DNA of 64,000 nt from Squalus acanthias (lineage: Eukaryota): contig CM059431.1 of NCBI GenBank assembly GCA_030390025.1, positions 139,936,001-140,000,000 on the forward strand, given 5' to 3'. The number at the start of each line of letters is the position of its first letter. Within the stretch, counting starts at the first letter, position 1. Under the pieces are notes generated by a model. That model saw only the letters and a list, made by a program, of their open reading frames with translations, was not told the DNA's origin and ran no database searches. Below, piece by piece: positions 12,881 through 26,857 of the stretch. The position numbers and the translations under genes are program-made.

Positions 12881-13787
12881 GTGAAGATTTCAAACAGATT
12901 ATCTCGGTTCTGATTATCAGAGGCTTTAACTTTGACCATTGGTTTCGAGATGTCCAGAATGTGGGGTGAAAAGTTCAAGAGCTGGGCAAACAGAATTCAA
13001 CTTCATTTTCACTTCTCGCTGATACTGAAATGTGTGATTGAAATGTGTGGGATGAAGTTACAATTCACACCAGGCTTGGGATTATCTGTAAATATCCAGA
13101 TGTTGCCATTACTCCAGTAGTTTATCCAGCTGTTCATGCGACTGGCCATTGCTGCCAGTGCACTTTACTGACCAGGATAAAACATCAAACTCCCAGTGGT
13201 CAGACGGACTAATACAGCGATTAATCAGCAGAGAAAATCAATTTATTGGGGCTTCCCTGGATGACTCAGTGGATGATGTACCAGTGAGAGTAGCGCTTCC
13301 CCATTGGCTTAGATATTCGGTCGTGCACTGCCCGTTTTTCAGCTGCTTATCGGCCTCCTGCGGCCAATATAGTGTACAGGAAGTGTACGCACATTTCCAG
13401 CCTGAAGTGCGAATCGGTCTTCGCTGTGATGTCGGGAGTGCACGTCAGGATAATTTAGGAGTTGAAATGTTATTTTAATGAGGGTCCTGCGCTTCCTGTG
13501 GATCTTTTCCCGCTTTTGGAAAGCCGCAACATCTCACACCACGTACTGAATCCGCCCAGCAACACCTGGCGCAAACCGGCAGGAAGGAGCCCTCACCAGC
13601 GCTATTGAAAGGAATCATGGGGAACATGCAGTTTGGTAATTGCCTTGTCGGTTCAGGCAGCTGCTTAACTTCTGGGCGTTTCTTGATGTGTTTCATCATT
13701 CTGGAAATTTTGCTTTGTCTAAAGAGAGCAAGATGCTGCTGATCTTGCACTGATGTTAGCTGTCTCATCGATAGTTTGATTGCAGTC

Positions 13788-14830
13788 ATGAGTGGTGTTA
13801 GAGGACTACCTTTCGGACTGGAGGAGGAGAGGAAACAGCGAGGAATACAGCAGGAGCAGCGAGGAATACAGCTGACACAGGAGGGATCAGGAGAGGCACT
13901 CCGCAGAAGGCCATGCCCACATTGGGTATTCCAGGGGCATTTCTCCTAAATTAAGGGGAAAAGGAATAGAAGGATATGCTGATAGGACGAGATGGTACGT
14001 TGGGAGGAAGCTCATGTGAAGCATAAACACCGGCACAGATCTTTTCAGCTGAATTGTTTGTTTCTGTGCCTTCACTTCACCAAGGGGGCAGTTATCGAGC
14101 TATGTCACCTGCTGCAGACACAAGTCCAGCAAGGACAGCACTGCATGTGGCCATCAAAGTCACCGTTGCCCATAACTTCAAAACTATGGGCACCTTTCAG
14201 GCTGTAGCAGGTGACACCAGTGATCTATCAGAGATAGCAGTCCACTGCTGTATCAGGGAGGTCACTGAGGCTCTGTACCAGGATGAACACCTATATGTTT
14301 GTCCATAAGGAGAGAGCGAAGCAGGATGAGAGAGTGCTAGGCTGCGTCCACATGACAGGCTTTCCCAGGGTGCAAGGTACCATAGACCGCCACTACCTTG
14401 CCTTGAGTGCTCCCCATCACCAACCTGGCATGTTGATCAATCGTAAGGGAGTTCACTCCCTTAACGCATAGTTGGTTACTGAACATAGGCAGCACGTCAT
14501 ACGGACCTGTTCCCATTATCCTGGGAGCAGTCATGACTCTTTCATCCTGCGCCAGTCCTCTGTGAAACCTCTATTCAAGCCAGGTCCTCAAGTTTCAGGC
14601 TGGTGCTTGTCGACAAGGATTAGCCCATCCGGACAGGGCTCACTACTGTCAGGGACCCAAGCACAGCTGATGATCTGGCCTACCATGAGAGCCATGCCGT
14701 CGTGAGCAACATCAGAGACCAAACAATCGGCATTCTCAAGCACTGCTACATCCCTGACGGGGATTCAGATTTGTGGTCGTCTGCTGCATTTTGCAAATCA
14801 TTGCCATCGTGAGGAGCAACGAGAAGTACT
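13788..14830 (+). pseudogene. Harbinger (HARBI1-like, DDE_Tnp_4) transposase remnant
   Basis: GTFQAVAGD...CIREVTEAL, GFPRVQGTID, NRKGVHSLNA*LV, YPGSSHDSFIL; interrupted by stops and frameshifts. Confidence 0.88.
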
Positions 14831-15147
14831 CAAGAAACAAGTGGAGCAGGAGGAGAGGCATCGATCACAGTGCCCCGAGCTTAGTGAGCTCTCAGAGATC
14901 AGTTCATCGAAGAGCGCTTCCTCTAAATCATCACTCCCATTCCCAATACACCAAATGTCCCACAATCCTTACCACCATCCTGTGGCCTTCCTTCAGCTCA
15001 GCCTAATGGGTCCGGCCCTCACTCCACTACACAGATCAACACCAACATGAAATTTACAACAATAAACACTTTCATCTGACAATGACAGTGCATCTCAATG
15101 TAATAGTTAACAGAAATCATTAAGAATCGACCTTGTGCCAGCTCTTT

Positions 15148-16873
15148 GGCCGGAATTTTGCCGGCGCTCAGAGTGCGGGTTTGGAGGTGGGTCCGCTGCC
15201 AAAAGCACAAAGATTGACAGCGGGTCAGTATCCCGCTGTAAACCCGCCTCCTTGTCAGTTTCCCAAATGTCGGGTCTGTCATCCCTGAACAGACCCGACA
15301 CCAAGCGGCGGGTCAGCCAATTGTTAAAATGTAGTTAAGCACCATTTTCCCATGTACTTGCCATTTTACCAGGTTTTTAACGAGGTTCCCGGAGAGTGGG
15401 TATTATGTCAGGTAAGTATGTCGTGTTCTCGATGACTCTCCATTGCTGTGAGTAGGTGACAGATGCCAAAGTGGTCTAAAACCTACAATTTCACAGCTCT
15501 TCATTTCCCAAACTTAGAAGCTGAACCTTCATGATTTGGAACCCACTTTTAAGCTTTATGCAGTTTGGAAGTGTTTGCAGTAAACTCTCTAACCACTGTC
15601 ACCTCTCTCACTAATAACATCGTTTCTGTCATCTCAACTTCAGCTGCCATCTATTCCAGCAGCATCGGTACCCTTGAAAAAATCTCTCCTTGCTCCTCAG
15701 AATTCCACCACGATCAGCCTCAACACCAGCAGCACCAGGCATACCAGCATCACCAAGAACAACACCAACTAGCTCCGCAATAACCCGATGCTGCACAGGA
15801 CACAGGGCATCAGCACGTGAAAACATAGCTGCCCAGGAGGCCAGGGATGGCCTCACCATGGCCAGATTTACTTCACTTAACGCTGTACACCCTGGCTACC
15901 CCATGATGCGCCAGGTTGGCACTACCCCACACAAGCACCATAAAACATCCCAACAAAGTCCAAGCCATTTCTTTCACACAGTATTGCAGGGGGTACCGTT
16001 GTGTCTCACCATTCACTGCAAATCACTAAGCCACTTCCAAAGGTGTCTGAGAACGGAAAGTGTTGAAAATAAAGATTTCAATATTTCACAGCACATCACC
16101 GCAAACTTCACATGATTATTGGCTAAACCACCCAAGTGCCTATCCTTGTGTGTTCTTTAGTTGGTATGGTTGCAGCAGCATGAGGGAGAGTGTGAGGCGT
16201 AGCTAGTGAGATGGGGAAGTGCCAATGTAGATAGAGAGGGATGGGTGGAGGTGCAGGGTAAGTTGGTGTGAGTAAGGATGTGCAGGAGTAGAGTAGGGAA
16301 GGCAGAGTGTTGGGGATGTGATGAGTGGCGCAGCAGGATGAGGTTTAGTGTGGCTTTGCAGTAACATTTCGTGATCTACTGAGATCATTGAAAGGTTTGC
16401 GCCACTGTAGCCTGGTCCTCCTAACAACATCCCTTCTTGAGCCCCACTGTGCAATTTGCAACCAGGCTGTGTTGGTCTCTTCCACATATTGGAAGTGAAG
16501 AGAACCTCCCTGCGTGCTGTGGCTCCCTCCATAAGCATATGGAGCGAGTTATGGGAGAGCCTGGGTGCAGCAGTGAATCTTTGTACAGTGCTTGCCAGTG
16601 TTTGCAGCAAATCAATGTTGTAGAACACTGACAGCACAACTGTCAAACTCAATTTGGACATGGTCCCTTTAAGGAAACCAGCTGATGACACGTCACCAAA
16701 TGGTGTCATCAGACCCGCCTCCTCTAATTGTCCGGGAACCGCGCGGGGTGGGGCTTAACAAGCCCTATCAACGGGAAATTCTTCTCTCACACCGGGATGG
16801 AGCCGGGAGCGGGGTCGCCGTCCGGCACCTAGCTCGGTCGCACACAGCCCGCCTTGGTAGACGAAATCGCGGT
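15148..16873. mobile_element. Second Harbinger-derived deletion element nested in the first
   Basis: Begins ggccggaatttt, ends gaaatcgcgg; minus-strand Myb/SANT-like remnant (APRLSHNSLHMLMEGATARREVLF) near 16340-16620. Confidence 0.6.
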
Positions 16874-18724
16874 TTTTGTGTCTGCATTGCGTGCTCGTTT
16901 CCCTATCCTGCTGCTCCTATGAGGTATTTCCCCAGTGGCTGCAGCTTGTGAGCTGGAACGCTGCTGAATGTGACCATTGTGGGCACTTCAGATGGCTGTG
17001 GTTGGTGACCTCGAGCAGCTCTGTGCCTAGAATGCCCGGCTGCAGCCTGTGGCATATTGATGTGTGGCTGTGTGGCACTAACAGGAGCACTGGTGGACTG
17101 GCTGCTGGAGGGGCAGACATGCTGTCCTCCTGAGAGATGACAGCAGGTGCCTCTCCCATGGAGCCAAGGCCATCCTCCTGGGACTGTGCCTCAGCACTCC
17201 TAGCAGCAATGTCAGATGCCATGGAAGATGCCAGCAGAAGCTCCATCATGTTGGGCGACACTGGTGTGCTGATGGAGCTGATCACTCGGCCCATATTGCA
17301 CAGACTGGGCTCCATGCCTGCGCAAAGCCTTGACACACTTGAGCTCTCAGAGATCAGTACATCGAAGAATATTTCCTCTAAATCATCACTCCCATTCCCA
17401 ATACACCAACTGTCCCACAATCCTTACCAGCATGCTTACTACCACCATCCTGTGGCCTTGCTTCAGTCCAGCCTAATGGGTCCGGCCCTCACTCCACTAC
17501 ACAGATCAACACCAAGATGAAATTTACAACAATAAACACTTTCATCTGACAATGCAAGTGCATCTCAATAAAAGAGTTAACAGAAATCATTAAGAATCAA
17601 CCTTGTGCCAGTTCTTTGGCCGGAATACTGCCGGCGCTCAGAGTGCGGGTTTGGAGGCGGGTCCGCGGCCAAAAGCACAAAGATTGACAGCGGGTCGGTA
17701 TCCCGCTGTAAACCCACCTCCTTGTCAGTTTGGAGCTGGACACCTCAATGCTCTGCAACATTGTACAAAAGCTCACTGGCAGGCTGCCCAGTGCACCGAG
17801 CATTTCCTGTATATGTGCATCAGCTTTCTTCGGTAGGCGGGCTCTCAAAGTCAGTATCTGAGTCCACTGCAGCGAAGCTAGAATGCGATCTCTCCCTCCA
17901 GTGAGCACGTGCCCAATCCTCCATCCCCATCTCCTGCATATTCACCATGTGAGGACCCCTTATCTAGCCCAGCCTCTAAAGTACATGTGGTGCCAGTATC
18001 TGAGCTGCTGCTTGCGGTGGTTAGCTCGACTAATGTTGCATCTCCAGGAAGACTGGCTTCCTCTTCCTCTACTGGCAGAAGGACGTCAACATCTTCAGCA
18101 GCTGAACTGAAAGAGACGGCCAATTGTTATCTTTTAGTTTAAAGTTGGAACAGAGAGAGAGAGAGAGAGAGGTTTCTGGTGAAAGCATCTGGAGTTTGTC
18201 GTGCACAGTGTCGGTGAAATAGATGTAAGAAGCGAAAAATAGGAAAAAGTATGAAAATCTGCAACGTTCCCTCCAGTGATGCCAGTCGCCACGGACATGG
18301 CTCTGTCCCTGCCGGTGATGGTCAGTACATATTCTCTGCGGGGGGAGAGTGTGTGCAGACAGGCTCGGCCTCTTCTGGTGACAGTTTCCTGTCTCAAGTC
18401 CACTTGAACTTCGGCAAGAAAGAAGGGAATGTTTTCGTAACATTCTTGTGAGGTGTTTGAAAATACGCATGTCATGGTAGAAAAGCTGGCATGCAGCGTG
18501 TGAGATGTTAGATGTGGGGTGTGTGACTTTGAGGGGAAGGATATATCGTGAAGTGTGGTGCCGTGTTTGTAGGGGGCTGTAGAGAAGTGGGTAGGGGAGT
18601 GTTAGAAGTATTGTGAGTAGTGAGGTGTGAGCAGAGAGTAAGAGAGCGGCGTTCTTACCTTGGCAACTCCAATGCGGTCATTACGGATCCGCAGCCATAT
18701 CCTGGGAGCTAAGCCTCCAGCACT

Positions 18725-19105
18725 GCTAAAATTATCAGGGAGGTGTATAAAATTATGAGGGGCTTTGATAGTGTGGATATGAAGCACCTGTTTCGCTAGA
18801 AGAGAGGTCAATAACCAGTGGGCAGAGATTTATAGTAATTGGTAGAAGGATTAGAGAGGAGTTGAGTACTTTTTTCACCCAGAGGGTGCTGGGGGTCTGG
18901 AACTCACTGCCTGAAAGGGTAGAAGAGGCAGAAACCCTCATTGCATTTAAAAAGTACTTGGATGTGCACTTAAGGTGCCATGAACTGCAAGGCTACGGAC
19001 CAAGAGCTGGACAGTGGGATTAGGCTGGATAGCTCTTTATCGACCGGCACAGGCACGATGAGTCGAATGGCCTACTTCTGTGCCACAAACTTCTATGATT
19101 CTCTG
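18725..19105 (+). mobile_element. CR1 3' fragment inside the Harbinger Myb gene
   Basis: Same sequence as CR1 end 7950-8318; tail ttctatgattctctga. Confidence 0.85.
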
Positions 19106-19249
19106 ATTCCTTGACTTGCTCGGCCGCCTCTTCCCACTGTTGATGGAGTTGATGACTGGAGGGTTTCTTGCCCACTAGGGGACAGAGCATGTCCCTCCTC
19201 TTGTCCACTGCCACTACCAGGACCTCAAGGGCATTAACGGGCACGATCT

Positions 19250-19930
19250 AAGAACATAAGAAATAGGAGCAGGAGTCGGCCATTTGGTCCTTCGAGCCTT
19301 TCTGCCATTCACTAAGATCATGGCTGATCTTCGACCTCATCTCCACTTTTCTGAACTATCCCCATATCCCTTGATTCCCTTAATATCCACAAATTTTTCG
19401 ACCTCTGCCTTGAATATACTCAACGACTGCCCCCCCCCCCCCCCCACAGCCTTCCAGGTTAGAGAATTCCAAAGATTCACCACCCTCTGAAAGAAGAAAT
19501 TACTTCTCATCTCAGTCCTAAATTTCTGAACCCTTAATCTGAGACTATGACCCCTGGTTCTAGACTCCCCAGCCAGGGGAAACATCCTCCCTGCATCTAC
19601 CCTGTTAAGCTCTATAAGAATGTTGTATGTTTCAATTAGATCACCTCTCATTCTTCTAAACTGGAGAGAATATAGGCCGAGTCTACTTAATCTCTCCTCA
19701 TAGGACAATCCCCCATCCCAGGAGCAGTCTGGTGAACCTTCGTTGCACTCCCTCTATGGCAAGTATATCCTTCGTTAGGTGAGGAGACCAAAACTGTACA
19801 CAATACTCCAGGTGTGGTCTCACAAGGACCCTATATAATTGCAGTAAGTGGTCTTTACTCTTATACTCAAATCCTCTTGTAATAAAGGCCAACATACCAT
19901 TTGCTTTCCTAATTGTTTTTTTTTTCTGTA
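19250..19930 (-). mobile_element. CR1 3' fragment
   Basis: Minus ORFs with LEYCVQFWSP and RRMRGDLIETY. Confidence 0.88.
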
Positions 19931-20734
19931 GCTCTAGCAGCCATTTAAACAATTCACAATTGTCTCCCTATTGTCTGTACCCAGAGAGTACCTTTACAAG
20001 GTGCTGGTTAGCTTTTACGTCGCGTCAGGGAGGCCCGATATCCAACACACACCCCTGGCCAAAGGAAAACACAGTCGCATAGCCAGTGAATAGCACGGGT
20101 AGCGCTAACTGCACCACTGGCTCATTACAATCAGCACAAACATTACCTGCTGCCTGAGTCAACACTAAGAGGCATGTGCAGTGCACACTCCGCTCACTGC
20201 AGGCCCGTTTTCAGGCCCGATCAAATTCTAGGCCATACAGTTTGTATGTGCAACACCGTTAAAGACTGTTAGTATTTTCTGAAACAAAAATACAGCAGGA
20301 ACATTGAGAAGCAGATTAAATCCACTTGACCCAAACAAGTCTGTCTGTGTAACAGTGAAGATCTCACCTGCCCATCTGTTCAGTTTCTCCACAAACACAT
20401 CTAATTTTCTCTCGGTCCCATTTACACTGCCCCAAATGTCCTTCCCTGGTAACTTGATCCCCTATTCTATTATACTTTGGGTGAAATAATTAAACCTCAA
20501 TTCCATTTTAATCCTTTCCTCCAAATTGTAACTTTCCGTTAGTACCTGATTCTCTTCTCCGTGAGCCTGTTCCTGCAGCAATGTTGTTGATTCCATTAAA
20601 AATCGGAATCCCTTCAATTTCAAGACCCTGACGTTGTTTCAGTAAAAGTAACGTATCCCATTTCCTCGAACTTTCCTCATCTTAAATTCCTGATGCCCTT
20701 AATCATCTTTCTGAATTCCATTCCATTCCTAGTC

Positions 20735-23700
20735 TATTAATTAGAGGCATGGCAGAGCAGCTCAGTCCCGTGGAGTGCACATACTGTGCCATGTGGTCTG
20801 TCCTGGACGCTTCACGTAGCCTGGACGACCACATGTGCAGGAAGTGTCACCAGCTCCGGCAGCTCGAGATCCGTGTTTCAGAGCTTGAGCGGCAGCTGGA
20901 GTCACTGCGGTGCATCCGCGAGGCTTAGAGTTACTTGGATAGCACAATTCTGGAGGTTGTCACCCCGCAGCTTAAGAGTGTGCATAGAAACATAGAAAAA
21001 TAGGAGCAGGAGTAGGCCATTCGGCCCTTCAAGCCTGCTCCGCCATTCAACATGATCATGATTGATCCTCTATCTCAATACGATATTCCCGCTTACCCCT
21101 TGATGCCTTTTGTGTCTAGAAATCTATCTAATCTACTTCTTAAATATATTCAGTGACTTGGCCTCCACAGCCTTCTGTGGTAGAGAATTCCACAGGTTCA
21201 CCATCCCCTGAGTGAAAAAATGTCTCCTCATCCCAGTCCTAAATGTCCTACCCCGTATCCTGAGACTTTGACCCCTTGTTCTAGACCCCCCAGCCAGGGG
21301 AAACATCCTGCATCCAGTCTGTCTAGACCTGTCAGAATTTTATACGTTTCAATGAGATCTCCTCTCATTCTTCTAAACTCTAGTGAATACAGGCCTAGTG
21401 GACCCAATCTCTCCTCATATGACAGTCCTGCCATCCCAGGAATCAGTCTGGTGAACCTTTGCTGCACTCCCTCTATGGCAAGTATATCCTTTCTTGGGTA
21501 AGGAGACCAAAACTGCACACAGTACTCCAGGTGTGGTCTCCCCAAGGCCCTGTATAACTGTAGTAAGACATCCTTGCTCCTGTACTCAAATCCTCTTGCA
21601 ATGAAGGCCAGCATACCGTTTGCCTTCTTAACTGCTTGCTGCACCTGCATGTTTGATTTCAGTGACTGGTGTACAAGGACACACAGGTCCCTCTGTACAT
21701 CAACATTTCCCAATCTATCACAATTTAAATAATACTCTGCCTTTCTGTTTTTCTTACCAAAGTGGATAACTTCACATTTATTCACGTTATACTGCATCTG
21801 CCATGCATTTGCCCACTCAGTCAACTTGTCTAAATCGCCTTGAAGACTCTTTGCATCCTCCTCAAAATTCAAGCAGGCAGAGAGGGAATGGTTGACCGCC
21901 AGACAGACGAGGAGAACCAAGCAGGTAGTGCAGGAGTCCCCAGAGTGCATCTCACTCTCCAACCATTATTCTGATCTGAGTACTGGTGAGGGCGATGGTT
22001 CTTCTGGAGTGCAGCCAGAGTCAAGTGCAAGGCACCACTGGTGGTTCAGCTGCACGGGGTGGAGGGGAGGTAATAGAGTGGAAGAGCAACAGTGGTAGGG
22101 GATTCGATAGTTAGGGGAGCAGACAGGCGTTTCTGCGGCCGTAGATGTGACTCCAGGATGGTATGTTGCCTACCTGGTGCCAGAATCAAGGCTGTCACTG
22201 AGCGGCTGCAACATACACTGAAGGGGTAGGGTGAACAGCCAGAGGTCGTTGTCCATATTGGTACTATCGACATAGGCAGAAAGAGGGATGAGGTCCTGCA
22301 GGCAGAGTTTAGGGAGCTAGGAGAGAGATTAAAAAGAAGGACCTCAAAGGTAGTAATCTCCGGATTACTCCTGGTGCCACAAGCTAGGGTGTACAGGAAT
22401 AGGAGGATAGAACTGATAAATGCGTGGCTGGAGAGATGGTGCAGGAGGGAGGGCTTTAGATTCCTTCGGCATTGGGACCATTTCTGGGGAAGGTGGGACC
22501 TGTACAAGCCGGACAGGTTAAACTTCATGGGCACCAGCACCAGCATATAGGATAGAAAAGAGGAATAATGTGCATGAAAGAGTGAGTGTGTTGCATAGTA
22601 CTAGAGGCGGAAGTAGTACCATATTAGATAGGAGCATACTAAGAAAGACTACGAAAAATTCAAAAATGGGTTTAGAATGCATGAACGTAAACGCACAAAG
22701 TGTGGTGAATATGTTTGGTGAACGAAAAGCATAATTAGTCGTGTGGCAATAACTGAAACGTGGCATAAAAACGGTGAGGACTGGGCACTTAATATTCAAG
22801 GGTACAAGGTGTTCAGAAAAGATAGGGAAGGGAAAAAAGGGAGGTGGGGTGGCAGTGATGAGTCAGGAAGACATTGTAATGTTGGAAAGGGAGGATGTTC
22901 TTGAGGGGACAAGGACATAATCCATTTGGTTAGAGTTGAGGAGCAAAAAGGGTATGATCATGCTATTGTGGGTATTCTATAGGCCTCCAAATAGTGAGAG
23001 AGGTAGATGAGCAGATTTGCTGGGAAATCGCAGAGATATGCAAGTGCTATAGACTGGTGATATTGGGGAATTTTAGTTACCCAAATATCGATTGGGATAA
23101 TGCTAGGGTAAAGAGCATGGAGGGGGAGGAATTTCTGAAATGTGTTCAGGAGAATTTCCTTGACTAGTATGTTCTTGGCCCAACTTGGAAGGAGGCATTG
23201 CTGGGGAATGAGGTGGGCCAAGTCGACCAAGTGTCTGTGGGAGAACACTTGGGTACGAGTGCGCATCGTATCATATGTGTTAGATTAGCAATGGAGAGGA
23301 GCAAGGAACATTATAGAGTGGAACTTCTAAGTTGGAATAGGGCCAACTTCAATGGGATGTGAAAGGATCTAGCCAGAGTAAAATGGAATCAAAGACTGAC
23401 AGGAAAAACTGTAACGAAACAATGGGTGATCTTTAAGGAGGAGATGTTCCAAGTACAGGCTAGGTACATTCCAAGAAGAGGGAAGGGTAAGGGAACCAAA
23501 GCAAGGGCTCCTTGGTTGACGAGGAAGATAGAGAAGACGATGAAACAAAAAAGAGGGTGTATGATGAATGTCAGGTGAATTCTTCAAGGGAGAACCAGAC
23601 CAAATACAATAAGTTGAGCGGGGAAGTGAAGATGAAAATAAGATTGCCAAAGAGAGAATATGAGAGTAGAATGGCGGTTAACATAAAAGAGAGCCCACAA

Positions 23701-25482
23701 ATCTTCTGCAGTCATGTAAACAGTAAGTGGATAGTAAGAGGCGGGGTGAGGCCTATTAGCGACAAAGATGATGTTATATGCTTAGAGACGCAGGGCAAGG
23801 CTAGAATACTCGATGAGTACATTGTATCTGTGTTTACTAAGGAGGTGGATGCTGACAACATATCGGTAGCAGTGAAACAGTTAGAAGCAATGGAAGGATT
23901 GAAAATTGATAGACAGCATGTACTAGAAAGGCTGGGTATGCTTAAAGTGGATAAGTCACCTGGTCCAGATGGTTTGCATCCCAGATGGCTAAGGGGATTG
24001 GGGGAGGAGATAGCGGAAGTGCTTGCCATAATTTACCAATCTTCCCTAGATGCGGGGGAGGTGCCTGAGGATTGGAAAGTGTCAAATTTGACACCATTGT
24101 TCAGGAAAGTGTGTAAGGACAATCCTAGTAACTACAGGCCGGTCAGTTTAACATCAGTGGTGGGTAAAGTTTTAGAAACAATAATCAAGGAAAAAATTTA
24201 CGGGCACTTGGAGAGGTTTAAGCTAATTAAGGAGAGCCAACACGGATTTGTAAAAGGCAGATCGTGCTTGACTAATCTAATTGAATTTTTTGATGAAGTA
24301 ACAGGGAGGTTTGATGAAGGGAATGCAATGAATGTTGTGTACATGGATTTCAGGAAGGTGTTTGACAAAATATCACACAGAAGGTTGTTTAACAAAATTG
24401 AGGCTCATGGAATAGGTGGGTCAGTGGTAGTTTGGATAAGGAATTGGCTTAAGGACATAAAACAGCGAGTTGTGGTAAATGGCTAGTTTTCAGACAGGAG
24501 GATGGTAGACTGTGGTGTTCCCCAAGGGTCAGTGCTGGGGCACTATAGGATATTGGAATAAAAAGTAGAATTTCTAAATTTGCTGATGACACCAAACTTG
24601 GATGTGTGGCAAACAATGATGATGATACCAATCGACTGCAACAGGACATATAAAGGCTAGCAGAATGGGCAAACAAGTGGCTGATGGAATTTAATACAGA
24701 GAAGTGAGTGTGAGATGATGCATTTTGGTAGAAGGAACAGGGAGAGGCAATATACACTTAATGCACAGTTTTAAAGAATGTGCAGGGACAGAGGGCCCTG
24801 GGAGTTAAGCTGCATAGGTCCCTGAAGGTGGCAGGGTATATTGAGAGAGTGGTTAGCAAAGCATATGGGATCTTGGGCTTCATAAATAGAGGTATTGAGT
24901 ACACAAGTCGAGAAGAAATGCTGAATCTTTATAAAACCCTGGTTCGGCCACAACTGGAGTATTGTGTCCAGTTCTGGTGACCACACTTTAGGGAGGATGT
25001 GAAGGCCCTTCAGAGGTTGCAGAGGAGATTTACCAGAATGTTTCCAGGGATGGGGGATATTAATTACAAGGACCGGTTGGAGAAGCTGGATTTGTTTTCA
25101 TTAGAGCAAAGGAGGTTGAGGGGTGATTTGATAGCGGTGTACAAACTTTTGACAGGTTTGGATAGGCTAGACGGGGAAAGGCTGTTCCCACTAGTTGATG
25201 GTACAAGGACTAGGGGGACACAGATTTAAGGTTTTGGGTAAGAGTTACAGGGGGGATGTGAGGGAAAACCTTTCTACGCAGCGAGTGGTGAGGGCCTGAA
25301 ACTCGCTGCCGATGGAAGTGGTGGAAGCGGGGACACTCAATGTTTTGAAAGGGAGACTGCATAGGCACTTGAGGGAAATAAACTTGCAGGGCTGCGGGGA
25401 AATGGGATGGACTCGATTGCTCGGCAGAGAGCTGGCACGGACTCGATGGGCCGAATGGCCTCCTATTGTGCCGTTATGACTC
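20735..25482 (+). mobile_element. Long decayed CR1 LINE (ORF1 + ORF2)
   Basis: ORF1 start near 20749, esterase region 22100-22520, ORF2 fragment 23512-24486 (KSPGPDG, NYRPVSLTS, SQHGF), tail near 25480. Confidence 0.9.
20984..21868 (-). mobile_element. CR1 3' fragment inserted into ORF1 of the preceding CR1
   Basis: Minus ORF 21228-21962 encodes the CR1 RT C-terminus; host ORF1 resumes at gcaggcagagaggg. Confidence 0.88.
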
Positions 25483-25489
25483 ATCCAAT

Positions 25490-26595
25490 TGTAGTAAGAG
25501 AATCGAATCTCCTGCACGTTTTTCTCTACCCGCTCCCGCACTGTTACCTCTGGTATCCCACAAGGATCTATCCTAGGCCCCCTCCTATTTATGATCTACA
25601 TTCTGCGCCTTGGCGACATCATCCGAAAACACAATGTCATGTCCAGTGACGAGACCAGCTCTACCGCACCACTATCTCTCTCAGGCCCTCCACTGTCTCT
25701 GATGCGTCACGCAGCTTGTCCGACATCCAGTATTGGCTGAGAAAACACTTCCTCCTGTTAAATATTGGGCAGACCAAAGCCATTATCTTTGGTCGTGGCC
25801 ACAAACTCCATTCCCTAGCCACGGACTCCATCCCTCTCCCTGGCAACTGTGTGAGCCTGAACCAGACTGTTTGCAACCAATGCATCCTATTAGATCCTGA
25901 GCTGACCTTTCGCTCCCATTCCCTCTCCATCAACAAGACCACCTACTTCCAACTCCGTAACATTCGCTGTCTGCGCCCCTGCCTCAGCCCATCTAATGCT
26001 GAAATCCTCATCTATGCCTTTGTTATCTCCAGTCTCAATTATTCCAACACTCTAAGGCTTGCCAACCAACCACGTTCCATCCTCTGTAAATTTGTGCTTA
26101 TCCTAAACTCTGCTGCACCTATCGGAACTCGCACCAAGTTCCGTTCACCCATCACCCATGTGGTCACTGACCTACACCGGCTCACGGTCTGGCAAAGCCT
26201 TGATTTGAAATTATCATCCTTGTTTTCAATCCCTCCATGACCTCGTCCATCCCTATCTCTCCAATTTGCTTTAGTCCTACGGCCCTCCGAGATCTCTGCA
26301 CTCCTCAATTTTGAACTTTGTGCATCCCTGATTTTCACCCCTCTACTAATTGGCAGCTGTGTTCACAGCAGCCTCGACCCCGAACTCTGAAAATCCCTCT
26401 CCAACCCTATCCGCCTCTACTTATCGCCTTTTCACTCTTAAAATTCCACCTCTTTGCCCAGGCTTTTGGTCACGCGTTCTAATATTTCTTTATTTGGCTC
26501 GGTGTTTCATTTTATGTGATTACGCCCCTGCTAAGCCTCTTGGGACGTTTATATTAAGTTAAAGGGGCTATGTCAATTCAAGTTGTTGATGTTAA
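25490..26595 (+). mobile_element. L2-type LINE 3' fragment
   Basis: [33 protein letters not shown]; end aagttgttgatgtt. Confidence 0.8.
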
Positions 26596-26704
26596 TCCCC
26601 TTTTTACCTTCACAATAATATTTACATTTCCCTGTGACATGTTAACTGGAAATGTATAGCATTTCCCAAGAGCTCACCCAAGACTTGATCAAATAATTGG
26701 GGAA

Positions 26705-26857
26705 CATCAGTACATTGTGAGCCTGTCCCCCTCTGTGCTGCCCAATCAGTACATTGTGAGCCTGTCTCTCTCTCAGTGCTGCCCAATCAGTACATTGTGA
26801 GCCTGTCTCACTCTCAGTGCTGCCCAATCAGTACATTGTGAGCCTGTCCCTCTCTGT
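26705..26857. repeat. 41-bp minisatellite, left part (about 4 units)
   Basis: Unit cagtgctgcccaatcagtacattgtgagcctgtccctctct. Confidence 0.9.

Larger units (their letters stand above)
13306..20234. mobile_element. PIF/Harbinger DNA transposon (decayed, with nested insertions)
   Basis: Transposase remnant on + and Myb/SANT-like remnant on -. Imperfect TIRs ggcttagatattcggtcgtgc and (rc) ggcctagaatttgatcgggc. Confidence 0.75.
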
